Shown: positions 56,134 through 64,000 of the stretch, piece after piece | How positions within the stretch are numbered: position 1 is the first letter of the stretch | Layout of the letters: each line of letters begins with the position of its first letter | Source of the DNA: Planctomycetota bacterium | Lineage (GTDB): Bacteria > Planctomycetota > SZUA-567 > H5-PLA8 | NCBI GenBank assembly: GCA_038227875.1 | Contig: JBBRPR010000023.1 | Span: 59,955 to 123,954 of the forward strand | Direction of reading: 5' to 3' | DNA: 64,000 nucleotides | Made by a program: the position numbers and the translations under genes | Notes under the pieces: model-generated | What the model saw: only the letters and a program-made list of their open reading frames with translations | Database searches by the model: none | What the model was told of the DNA's origin: nothing

Positions 56134-58142
56134 TCACCGTCGCTGCCACTCACGTGCCTGCCGATCCGGCGCTCAGTCCGTCGAAGGGATTTTCGTGGCA
56201 TGTCGGTGGGTTGGTGTTGATCGCGTTCACGGCGTTCGCGGTGTTTCATCATGATGTGGTGATGCCGCTGCCGTTGGGATTGCTCTTTGCGCTGCCGTGG
56301 CTGATTGATTTTCGCAAGCGCACACTGCCGGTCTGGGTGCAGATCGTGCTGCGCTTGCAGCTGTTCGCCGCTGTTGCGCTTTACAGCCGGTATATCTCGG
56401 CGGATTTTCGCGGCGTCTTCGTCTATCCGGGCTGGGTGCAGCTGTTCACGCGGCTGTGCATGGTGGAAGTCACGCTGATCCACTTTGGTTTTGCGCCGTA
56501 CCGGAAGTCCTCTCAGGCGGTGCCGGCGGCGATTCTCATGAGCGCGCTGGTCTTTGCGGCGGCGTCGAAGACCGTCGACGTCGAGGCCATCTTTATCTAC
56601 TTCGCGATCCCGTGGTTCGTGTGCCTGGCCGCGAGCTTGCGGGGCGTGCGGCCGCGTTATGCCACGCCCAATCTGCCGTGGATCGTGCCGAAAATGTGGA
56701 TGCATCTGGCGGCGCTGTTTCTGGCGCTGATGGCCGGCGTGGCGTTCGCGCGCTACGTCGGTTCGCACAAGCGGCAGCTCGCGCCGTACTTTCGCGCCGG
56801 TCCGTTTCTGGCGCAGACGCAAGCGCAGCAGGCCACCAACGTGGGCTTCAACGATGCGCCGGTGCTCGGGTCGACTCAGAACATGACCCGCTCGCTGGAG
56901 CGCGTGCTCTCCGTCCAGGGCCGCATCCCCGATCCTCATTTGCGTGGCCTGGTGTTCGAAATTTACAGCGCCGGACGCTGGCTGCCGCAGACGGCGCCGC
57001 ACACGATCGATCCGGGCAAACTCGCAGGTAATCGAGGCGATCTCACGGAAGTCGTGCGGCTCTCCGACTACATCCCGGTGATGTTTGTTCCGTTGCACAG
57101 TTCCGGCGTGTCGTGCGAGCGCCCGGAGTTGCTGGAATGCGATACCGAGCACGGCAATTCGCTGCACGCGTACGCCTCCGCGCCGTTTCATTATACATTC
57201 AGGTTTTCAGCGGCGGAGCCAGATCTACAGGGGCCGCTGTGCACGGAACTGTCGCGCGAGCATCTGCGCGCGTGCCTGGCGGTTCCGCCGGAAATCGACG
57301 TGCGCGTGACGTGGCTGGCCAAGGACATCACGCGCGGCTGCAAGACCGATCTGGAACGCCTGCGCGCGATCGAAGGCTGGCTGCGTTCGAACATCAAATA
57401 CAGCCTGCGCACCACCGTCGGTCGCGGCGATCCGGTGACGGAGTTTCTCATCACAAGGCGCGCGGCCCATTGCGAGTTTTTCGCTTCGGCCGCAACTCTG
57501 CTGCTGCGTTGCGTGGGTGTGCCGTCGCGGTACGTCACCGGTTTTTACGCGCACGAGCAGGAGGGCGTCGAGAAGTACATCGTCCGCCAGCAGGATTCGC
57601 ACGCGTGGTCGGAGGCGTGGATCAAAGGGGCGGGGTGGCTGACGGTGGAGGCGACGCCGAGCTCCGGCATGCCGGAAGGGCTGGGCGAAAAGCCGCAGGC
57701 GTTGCGTTCCATATCTGAGTGGTTTGCGGACATTTACTTCGAGGTACTGCATTGGATCCGCGGTCGCACGCTCATGCAATGGATTTGCCTCGGCGCGGCG
57801 GTGCTTGCGGCAACGATCGGAATTCTCGTGCTGCGCCGACGGCGCCTGCGCGCGGTGCAGAGCACCGCGTTTCAATATTCGGCGCTCGATCCGCAGTCAG
57901 CGGCGATGGCGGCGCGTTTCGATCGGTTTCTCACGCGCCGCCGCATCCCCTGCCCGGTTTACACGACGTGGCAGGAACACTTCGAGATGCTCGCTGCTGC
58001 CGACGCGTCGATCCGCTTCGGCGTGGATGTGCCGCGCTGTCTGGAATTCGTACGAAACTACAGCGCGCTGCGCTTCGGGGCCGACCGGGAACTTCGCCTG
58101 GTAGAACTGGCCAGGGAACTCGCGGCCATAGAGCGGTCGTGA
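56130..58142 (+). CDS. Membrane transglutaminase-like protein (TgpA/DUF3488 type)
   Basis: GTG start overlapping the upstream TGA; TM block; 'HCEFFAS', 'RYVTGF', 'SHAWSE', 'VEATP'. Confidence 0.85.
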   Translation: MITVAATHVPADPALSPSKGFSWHVGGLVLIAFTAFAVFHHDVVMPLPLGLLFALPWLIDFRKRTLPVWVQIVLRLQLFAAVALYSRYISADFRGVFVYPGWVQLFTRLCMVEVTLIHFGFAPYRKSSQAVPAAILMSALVFAAASKTVDVEAIFIYFAIPWFVCLAASLRGVRPRYATPNLPWIVPKMWMHLAALFLALMAGVAFARYVGSHKRQLAPYFRAGPFLAQTQAQQATNVGFNDAPVLGSTQNMTRSLERVLSVQGRIPDPHLRGLVFEIYSAGRWLPQTAPHTIDPGKLAGNRGDLTEVVRLSDYIPVMFVPLHSSGVSCERPELLECDTEHGNSLHAYASAPFHYTFRFSAAEPDLQGPLCTELSREHLRACLAVPPEIDVRVTWLAKDITRGCKTDLERLRAIEGWLRSNIKYSLRTTVGRGDPVTEFLITRRAAHCEFFASAATLLLRCVGVPSRYVTGFYAHEQEGVEKYIVRQQDSHAWSEAWIKGAGWLTVEATPSSGMPEGLGEKPQALRSISEWFADIYFEVLHWIRGRTLMQWICLGAAVLAATIGILVLRRRRLRAVQSTAFQYSALDPQSAAMAARFDRFLTRRRIPCPVYTTWQEHFEMLAAADASIRFGVDVPRCLEFVRNYSALRFGADRELRLVELARELAAIERS

Positions 58143-58148
58143 ATTTTC

Positions 58149-59000
58149 TTACGCGGAAACCGGTTCCGCTTGCCAGTGGCTCTTGAAGACGGCGATGAAC
58201 TTTTCGAAGAATTCGCGCGTGGGCGCACTCAGCGGCTGCAAGTGTCCGGGTTCCAGGAACCACGGCTGCTGCGTGAAGTAGTCGAACGCCGGCGACGATG
58301 TTTTCGTAAACGTGAGCATGAACGTGCGGCGCAGTTTGTCCGTATGGTAGCGGCCGCGGTGCAGGCCGAGGGGATTGAAGAGCACTGCGTCGCCGGGTTC
58401 CTGCTTGATGCGCAGCGCGCCGGGCATGCCATTGGAGCGCCAGTTCTTGGCGCCGTCGGCGCGGCGGATCTGGAATTCTTCCGGCGTGTCCAGGCGGCGG
58501 TGCGATCCGGGGACAAATTCGACGTCCTCGGTCGATGCCAACGCGATTTGCATCTGGACGCCCGAGTCCGAATCCCGTTTGCCCGCGAGGAAGTTCTTCT
58601 CGGCGGCCACGTCCGGAATGGTGAATTGTGAATCGCGGTGCCAGTTGCCGTCCAGGCTGGTGCCGGCCGGCAGCGGATTAAAGAACAAGCTCGTGCAGCG
58701 GAAGAGCGGTTCGTCGCCAAGAATCGTGCGCGCGACGTTCAGCACGGCAGGATCGGCGACCGCGTCCATAAGCTCCGGAAATTCGCCCGGAGTCTCTTTG
58801 AAATAACCGGGGTGGTTGAGGTGGCGCATGCAGGTGGCGTTGGGATCGCCGTTGGCGTTGCCGCTGGCTGGTTCGAGGACGCGCCACTGTTCCAGGATGC
58901 GCTCGCTGATCTGCCGCAGGCGAGCGGCGCGCTCCGGCGCGTAAATGCCACGGACGATGATGTAACCTTCTTCGTTCCATTGTTTGCGCAGGTCGGTCAT
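58149..59000 (-). CDS. Phytanoyl-CoA dioxygenase (PhyH) family Fe(II)/2OG enzyme
   Basis: 'EGYIIV', 'WHRD', 'VPGSH', 'PGDAVLF...LHRG'; GAGGAG RBS. Confidence 0.85.
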   Translation of the reverse strand: MTDLRKQWNEEGYIIVRGIYAPERAARLRQISERILEQWRVLEPASGNANGDPNATCMRHLNHPGYFKETPGEFPELMDAVADPAVLNVARTILGDEPLFRCTSLFFNPLPAGTSLDGNWHRDSQFTIPDVAAEKNFLAGKRDSDSGVQMQIALASTEDVEFVPGSHRRLDTPEEFQIRRADGAKNWRSNGMPGALRIKQEPGDAVLFNPLGLHRGRYHTDKLRRTFMLTFTKTSSPAFDYFTQQPWFLEPGHLQPLSAPTREFFEKFIAVFKSHWQAEPVSA

Positions 59001-59161
59001 GGAATTCTCCTCGTGGTCGTTGGATGCATGTGAAGTACGCTGATGAGAATACGTCAATGCGATGCGCACGTGAATGGATGCGGCAAGCGAAGGGCTGGAC
59101 GGCAGCGCGATTTCGGTTTCATGCGCGGTGCAGTGTCCCGGACCACGCCGCATGGACGCGC

Positions 59162-60025
59162 TTAGCTTTTGAATGGATTTTCGAACGCTGCGCGGTAGGC
59201 GCTCGGCGACTGTCCGGTCAGTTGGCGGAAGCTGCGGCTGAAGTGGAACGGATCGTCGAAGCCCACCTGGGTGGCGATGCGTTCGACGGTTTCATCGCTT
59301 TCGACCAGCAGCGACTGGGCCTGAGCGATGCGGCGCTGGCGCAGGTAGGCCATGGGCGAAAGCCCCGTCTGGCGGCGGAAGAGTTTCGAAAAGTAAATGG
59401 GACTCAAGTGCGCGACGCTGGCCAGTTTTGCCAGCGTGATGCGCCTGGCGAGATGCTCATCGATGTACGCGAGCACTTCGGCGGCGCGTGTTTCTTCGCC
59501 GGGCAGGGCCGGGGCGCCGCCGGTTTTCTGGTCGGCGCCAAGCTCGTCCGAGAGCCGCAGCGTTTCCCCGAGCAGTCTCAGGAATGCGCCGCGCGCCATC
59601 AGTTTGGCGTGTTTCGATTGCTCGCGCAGGTCAGCGACGAGCACCTGGTAACACGCTTCGATTTCACGGCAGGCTTTGCGCGGCAACCGGAGCCGGTCGG
59701 GGAGCACGAGTGGGCGAAAGACGTCCGCGTTGCCCGCACCGCGGAGCGTAAAGCCCGTGGAAAAAACCGTGACGGGGTTGCGCGGGTTGTGCCCGGCGCT
59801 CGAATACCGGCCCGTGCGCCAGATGAACAGATCGCCGGGGAGCGCTTCGTAGCGCTGCTGGTCGAACTCCAACCAGCCTTCTCCCTTTAAGATGAAGAAC
59901 AGACCGTTGTACGGGCAGATGGTGCGGGGAATGCTCCATTGCGGCACGCACGGGTATAAATCGGCGTGATGGATCGTGACGCTCACGCCTTCCCAGGGAT
60001 CACGCGCAACGGTCGGTTCGGCCAT
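59162..60025 (-). CDS. AraC-family transcriptional regulator
   Basis: Cupin domain; 'LSPIYFSKLFRRQTGLSP', 'VGFDDPFHFSRSF...GQSPSAYR'. Confidence 0.92.
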   Translation of the reverse strand: MAEPTVARDPWEGVSVTIHHADLYPCVPQWSIPRTICPYNGLFFILKGEGWLEFDQQRYEALPGDLFIWRTGRYSSAGHNPRNPVTVFSTGFTLRGAGNADVFRPLVLPDRLRLPRKACREIEACYQVLVADLREQSKHAKLMARGAFLRLLGETLRLSDELGADQKTGGAPALPGEETRAAEVLAYIDEHLARRITLAKLASVAHLSPIYFSKLFRRQTGLSPMAYLRQRRIAQAQSLLVESDETVERIATQVGFDDPFHFSRSFRQLTGQSPSAYRAAFENPFKS

Positions 60026-60034
60026 CAGCGGGCC

Positions 60035-60964
60035 TCACGTATTGGGTTTTGGCGGCGCGGGTTCGATGTGGATCAGCACATCGGCGAGGTCTTCGCGCCG
60101 GGACTTGAGCAACGCCTTCACGCGGTGGCTGACCGCGTGCGCTTCATGAACGGTCATGTTGCCGTCGACTTCCAGATGCATGTCGACAAAGTAAAGCAAG
60201 CCGGCGCGGCGGGCGAGAAGTTTCTCGACGCCGGCCACGCCTTCCACGGTCGTCGCCAGGTTGCGCAGATCTGCGAGGACTTCCGGCGGGGCCTGCTGGT
60301 CGAGGAGCGCGACGGTGGTTTCACGGAAGACCCGCGCGCTGGCGATCACGATCAGGATGGCGACAGCCAGCGCCGCAATATGGTCGGCCCAGATGTAACC
60401 GTAGATCGTGAATGTTACACCCAGCACGACGAGGATCGCGGAAAGGATGTCGACGAAGTCGTTCCAGGCGTCGGCTTCCAGCCCCATCGAACCGATGCGG
60501 CGGCCGACTTTCAGTTTGTAGGAGAACATGCCGGTCTTGACGCCGATCGAGATCACCGCCGGCCAGATCGTCCACGTGGGAATGACGATGGTCTCCGGCG
60601 TGGCCATGATCTTCAGCAGTTCGGCCGCGTTGGTCCAAAGCAGCAGCAGGCCGGAGAGAAGCATCATGGTCGCGACAGTCTTTCCGGCGATGCCTTCGGC
60701 GCGGCCGTGGCCGTAGGGATGTTCGACATCCGGCGGCAAGACGGAGACTTTCAGGCCGAAGAGGACCACGGAGCTGGCCAGCGCGTCGCCGGCGGATTCA
60801 ATGCCGTCGGCCAGCACCGCGTGGGAGTGGCCGAGATAGCCGGCGGCCAATTTCAGCACCGCCAGCGTGCCGGAACCGATGATGCCCGCGACGGCCGCGA
60901 CTTTGGCGTCCTTCATATTGGCGGCGGCGGTGGTTCGCTCCGCTGCTGCTGCGGCTGTGGGCAT
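60035..60964 (-). CDS. Cation diffusion facilitator transporter (FieF-like)
   Basis: 'LADGIESAGD', 'PPDVEHPYGHGRAE', 'VDMHLEVDGNMTVHEAH', 'LIHIEP'. Confidence 0.92.
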   Translation of the reverse strand: MPTAAAAAERTTAAANMKDAKVAAVAGIIGSGTLAVLKLAAGYLGHSHAVLADGIESAGDALASSVVLFGLKVSVLPPDVEHPYGHGRAEGIAGKTVATMMLLSGLLLLWTNAAELLKIMATPETIVIPTWTIWPAVISIGVKTGMFSYKLKVGRRIGSMGLEADAWNDFVDILSAILVVLGVTFTIYGYIWADHIAALAVAILIVIASARVFRETTVALLDQQAPPEVLADLRNLATTVEGVAGVEKLLARRAGLLYFVDMHLEVDGNMTVHEAHAVSHRVKALLKSRREDLADVLIHIEPAPPKPNT

Positions 60965-61072
60965 TTGTGGAATAATCCAAAGAGATGCAGTTCAAGGCGG
61001 TCCGGAAGTCGATTGCAACACCCGTCCTTTTACCTTCTAATCGCCGCACGCTCAAGGCAAGGACGACATTGT

Positions 61073-62689
61073 ATGGCCGCGCCGGCCCTCGAAATTCCAG
61101 ATTCATCCCTAGCGCCGGGCGCCAGGAGTTCTTCTCCGCTGCTTTTTATTTTCGTGCTGCTCTGGCCCGCCGCGGGGTTGCTCTGCGTGGATCGCAGCGC
61201 GTGGCTGGACACCTTGAACGCGGCCGGGCTGTGTCTATTGGCCCTCGCCGGCCTGCTGATATCCCGCGGCGGCGGAACGTTTGCGCGAAGTTCGGCGGGA
61301 CGGTTGTGGACGCTGGCGGTATTTTTGTTTGCGGCGCTGTTGCTTTCGCCGGCGTTTCTGCGCGGCATTCCCATGCAACTGAGCGGCGCGGGAGCCGCGT
61401 CGTGGGCCGCACTGGCGCTGGCGTTCATGTCCGCGTTGCTTCTGTTTGTACTCACGCCGCGTCGCAAGCCCGGAATTGACGACCGTAACGCGCTGGAACA
61501 GTTTCTCGAATCGCCACGCGTGCGTGTGCATCTGCTGATTTTTTCGGGGCTGGTGTTGACCGCGTCGGCACAATTGGGCTCACAACCGCTGGTGACGGTG
61601 GCGTTTGAATTTGTCCTCGTCGCGCTGGCGTTGATCAGCGTGCGTCCGCTGCTCTCGATCGCCGCTCAGCCTGCGGGAGCGCAGGTGATGCAGGCGTCGG
61701 CGGTGCTCGCGCTGGCCATCGGCGCCGGTGCAGGCGTCTTGCGTTATCAACACGCGCTGCAGGACGCGGATGCCCTGCACGCACTGCTGCTGGAAAACAA
61801 ATTGCCGGAAGCGCAGGCCGTCGCCAAGAACATCGAAGAGAGCAACGCCGTTCTGAAATCCAACCCGCTCAACGTCCGGCTCGAAACTGAGTGGGCCGAA
61901 TACCTCGAGCGCACCGGCGATTTCTGGAGTTCGTTCACGCATTGGCAGCGCGTGGCCGACTACAAATCGATTCCGCGCAGCGAATTTTCGCCGGCCTTGC
62001 GCGTCGTCTGGAAGGCCGGCGATTCGATGAGCGTCTGGCGGCGCCTGGTCTACAAGGGCTTCGCGGCCATTCGCGAACCGGAAGTGACGCAGGGTGTGCT
62101 GGAGCTTGGCGACAGGCCCGGCAGCGATGTGCGCGCGAAACTTGCCGCGGCGCTGCTGTCCTGCGAACTGAAACAGTCGGACGCCGACTGCCAACGGCGG
62201 CTGCAGGCCGTACAAGCCGTGCTGCCCAACGAACTCAGTTCGCACATGCTGCTGGAACGCTACGATGGAACGAAACGCGATGAAAAAGCCACGCTGCTGC
62301 TGCCGCCGGATCTGCTCGTTGGACGCGAGCCCACGTTTCATGCCGTGACGGGAATGACCGATACCGGCAGCATTGAAGAGCAGGGCGAAGCAAGCTCGAT
62401 CGTGGTGCTCAACGAGGGCAAGTACGAAATGCTGATCAACGCGCGGGCCGTGCCGCTGCGCGAACAGTGGCCGATCATCCGGGTGGAACTGAATGGGCAG
62501 CTCATTGGCCGGACGCATGTAATCAGCTCGGAAGAGCATCCAATTCCGTTTACGTTCGAAGTCAACCGGACCGATGCCTATACGCTGCGGATCGTGTTCG
62601 AGAATTTCAGCGATTCGCTCGAAGACGGCAAGGTCGCGCGGCGTGGCCTGACGATCGGTATGATTTCGTTCCGGCATCAGAAGAACTAA
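61073..62689 (+). CDS. Membrane protein with helical linker and C-terminal CBM-like beta-sandwich
   Basis: Start reassigned to 61073; about 7 TM segments; C-terminal 'WPIIRVELNGQLIG...LRIVFEN...RGLTIG'. Confidence 0.6.
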   Translation: MAAPALEIPDSSLAPGARSSSPLLFIFVLLWPAAGLLCVDRSAWLDTLNAAGLCLLALAGLLISRGGGTFARSSAGRLWTLAVFLFAALLLSPAFLRGIPMQLSGAGAASWAALALAFMSALLLFVLTPRRKPGIDDRNALEQFLESPRVRVHLLIFSGLVLTASAQLGSQPLVTVAFEFVLVALALISVRPLLSIAAQPAGAQVMQASAVLALAIGAGAGVLRYQHALQDADALHALLLENKLPEAQAVAKNIEESNAVLKSNPLNVRLETEWAEYLERTGDFWSSFTHWQRVADYKSIPRSEFSPALRVVWKAGDSMSVWRRLVYKGFAAIREPEVTQGVLELGDRPGSDVRAKLAAALLSCELKQSDADCQRRLQAVQAVLPNELSSHMLLERYDGTKRDEKATLLLPPDLLVGREPTFHAVTGMTDTGSIEEQGEASSIVVLNEGKYEMLINARAVPLREQWPIIRVELNGQLIGRTHVISSEEHPIPFTFEVNRTDAYTLRIVFENFSDSLEDGKVARRGLTIGMISFRHQKN

Positions 62690-62702
62690 AAATTTACTTC
62701 GA

Positions 62703-63839
62703 GTGTGCGCTTTGCGAGTTCTCGCCCTGGGTCCGATTCCGCCACCCTACCACGGCGTGGCGACGTATCTCCGCGATCTGCTCGATTCGGAAGAACTGCG
62801 CGCCCGCGGCATTGAACTTCAGCACGTGGACACCTCCGACCGCCGCGACGCGTCGAACCTCGGACGCTGGGATGCGGAGAATCTCGGCATCGGTTTTTCG
62901 AATCTCGCCGAATTGGCGGTGCGCTGTTCGCGCTCCGACGCAGAGATCGTGTACCTGCCGCTCTCTCAGAACGTCCCCGCATTTCTGCGCGATGCCCTGT
63001 TTATTCTGCAATCGCGCCTGATGGGCAAGCGCGTTGTGATTCATCTTCACGGCGGCTACTTTCAAATGCTGTACGAACAGCAAAGCGCGGCGTTCAAAGC
63101 GTTCGCGCGCATGACCCTGGGCCATGTTTCCGGCGCGGTGGTACTGGGCGAAGGCTTTCGCTATCTCTTCTCGGGCCTGATTCCCGAGGAGCGCGTGTTT
63201 GTCGTCGAGAACGGCGTGCCCGATCTCTTCGCCGAACGGCCGCCGCTGCGCAATGACACCTCGCGTGAAACGCTGCTTTACATGAGCACGCTGACGCGGA
63301 CGAAAGGAATTCTGGAATTGGTTCACGCCTTGGCGCTCGTGCTGGAAGGACGGCCGGTTTCGCCCTTGCGGCTGCGCGTGGCCGGCGAATTCCAGGAACC
63401 GGAATTGCGCGACGAGACGCTGGCGTTGATTCGTGAATTAAAATTGGACGATCGCGTTACGTTCGTCGGCAACGTGACCGGCGCGGCGAAGGCAGAATTT
63501 TTACTCAGCGGCGACATATTTTGCCTGCCGACGCGTTACCCGTACGAAGGTCAGCCGTTAGTACTTCTGGAAGCGATGTCGGCGGGACTGCCGGTGCTGA
63601 CCACCGACCGCGGCGTGATCGCCTCGACGGTGATCGACAGCGTCAACGGCCGCGTGTTGCCGCAGGACGCCAGTGTCGAGCAGCTCGCGCAGGCTCTGGA
63701 ACGGTTGCTGGCGGACCGAGCGCTGTTGCAGGACATGGGACGCAACGCGCGGTTGCGCTATTTACGCAACTATTCGCTGCACGTGTGCCATTCGAATTTG
63801 GCGCAAGTCTTCCATGCGGTTAGTGTTGCCTCGGACTAG
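62703..63839 (+). CDS. Glycosyltransferase family 4
   Basis: 'GPIPPPYHG', 'HLHGG', 'ENGV', 'TKG', 'YEGQPLVLLEAM'. Confidence 0.9.
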   Translation: MCALRVLALGPIPPPYHGVATYLRDLLDSEELRARGIELQHVDTSDRRDASNLGRWDAENLGIGFSNLAELAVRCSRSDAEIVYLPLSQNVPAFLRDALFILQSRLMGKRVVIHLHGGYFQMLYEQQSAAFKAFARMTLGHVSGAVVLGEGFRYLFSGLIPEERVFVVENGVPDLFAERPPLRNDTSRETLLYMSTLTRTKGILELVHALALVLEGRPVSPLRLRVAGEFQEPELRDETLALIRELKLDDRVTFVGNVTGAAKAEFLLSGDIFCLPTRYPYEGQPLVLLEAMSAGLPVLTTDRGVIASTVIDSVNGRVLPQDASVEQLAQALERLLADRALLQDMGRNARLRYLRNYSLHVCHSNLAQVFHAVSVASD

Positions 63840-63860
63840 TTCCACCCGTGAGATCCGAAT

Positions 63861-64000
63861 TATTGATCCGCGCATAACTAAAGTTGCAATGAAATAGTGT
63901 CGATACTCTATGCATGAGACCATTTGGCACAGCAGAAGAGCTCCAACGGCGGCGAATTCGCGCTGTCGAATTGATGAACAGCGGACAGTCCCATACCAAG
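63861..64000 (+). mobile_element. Left end of a probable IS630-family insertion sequence (truncated by the window)
   Basis: TA-initiated end TATTGATCCGCGCATAA followed by a transposase-like ORF start. Confidence 0.6.
63914..64000 (+). CDS. IS630-like transposase, N-terminal HTH (3'-partial)
   Basis: MRPFGTAEELQRRRIRAVELMNSGQSHTK resembles the 'MRP.G..EEL.RRR.RAV.L...G.S' start of IS630 transposases. Confidence 0.6.
   Translation, partial: MRPFGTAEELQRRRIRAVELMNSGQSHTK

Noticed and set aside
59966..61072. N-terminal 369 aa of the 907-aa ORF 59966-62689
   Set aside because: Overlaps the CDF gene antisense; the real gene most likely begins at ATG 61073.

Overview
GC-rich bacterial chromosomal window, most likely Planctomycetota (inferred from the gene families, not proven). 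It holds about 50 densely packed CDSs and no rRNA, tRNA or CRISPR array that I could see. Left to right: the tail of a DUF4175-like / VWA-GATase / caspase-like / BNR-propeller envelope cluster; a 1148-aa chimeric secreted FGE-sulfatase + G8 + beta-helix protein; envelope and housekeeping genes (M23, ALDH, GT4, ASCH, PfkB, DAGK, pyruvyl transferase, sulfatase, GT-C, GT2); one AT-rich gene; an AraC-linked sugar-catabolism island; GPx; a GH109-like enzyme; an ABC pair; sirC ... ccsA-hemA separated by about 6.6 kb of accessory DNA (barrel-less passenger-repeat/PKD adhesin, an orphan-promoter candidate structured RNA, VOC, PadR module); cysK, eno, DUF58-transglutaminase, PhyH/AraC, CDF, GT4; and the left end of a probable IS630 at the window edge. 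The best leads are the candidate ncRNA at about 45945-46133 (minus strand), a family of intergenic 7-mer-repeat hairpins that share architecture but not sequence, the chimeric G8 protein, the adhesin C-terminal domain and the kinase-less HUMPS sugar pathway. All calls were made by eye from motifs; no database searches or folding programs were run.
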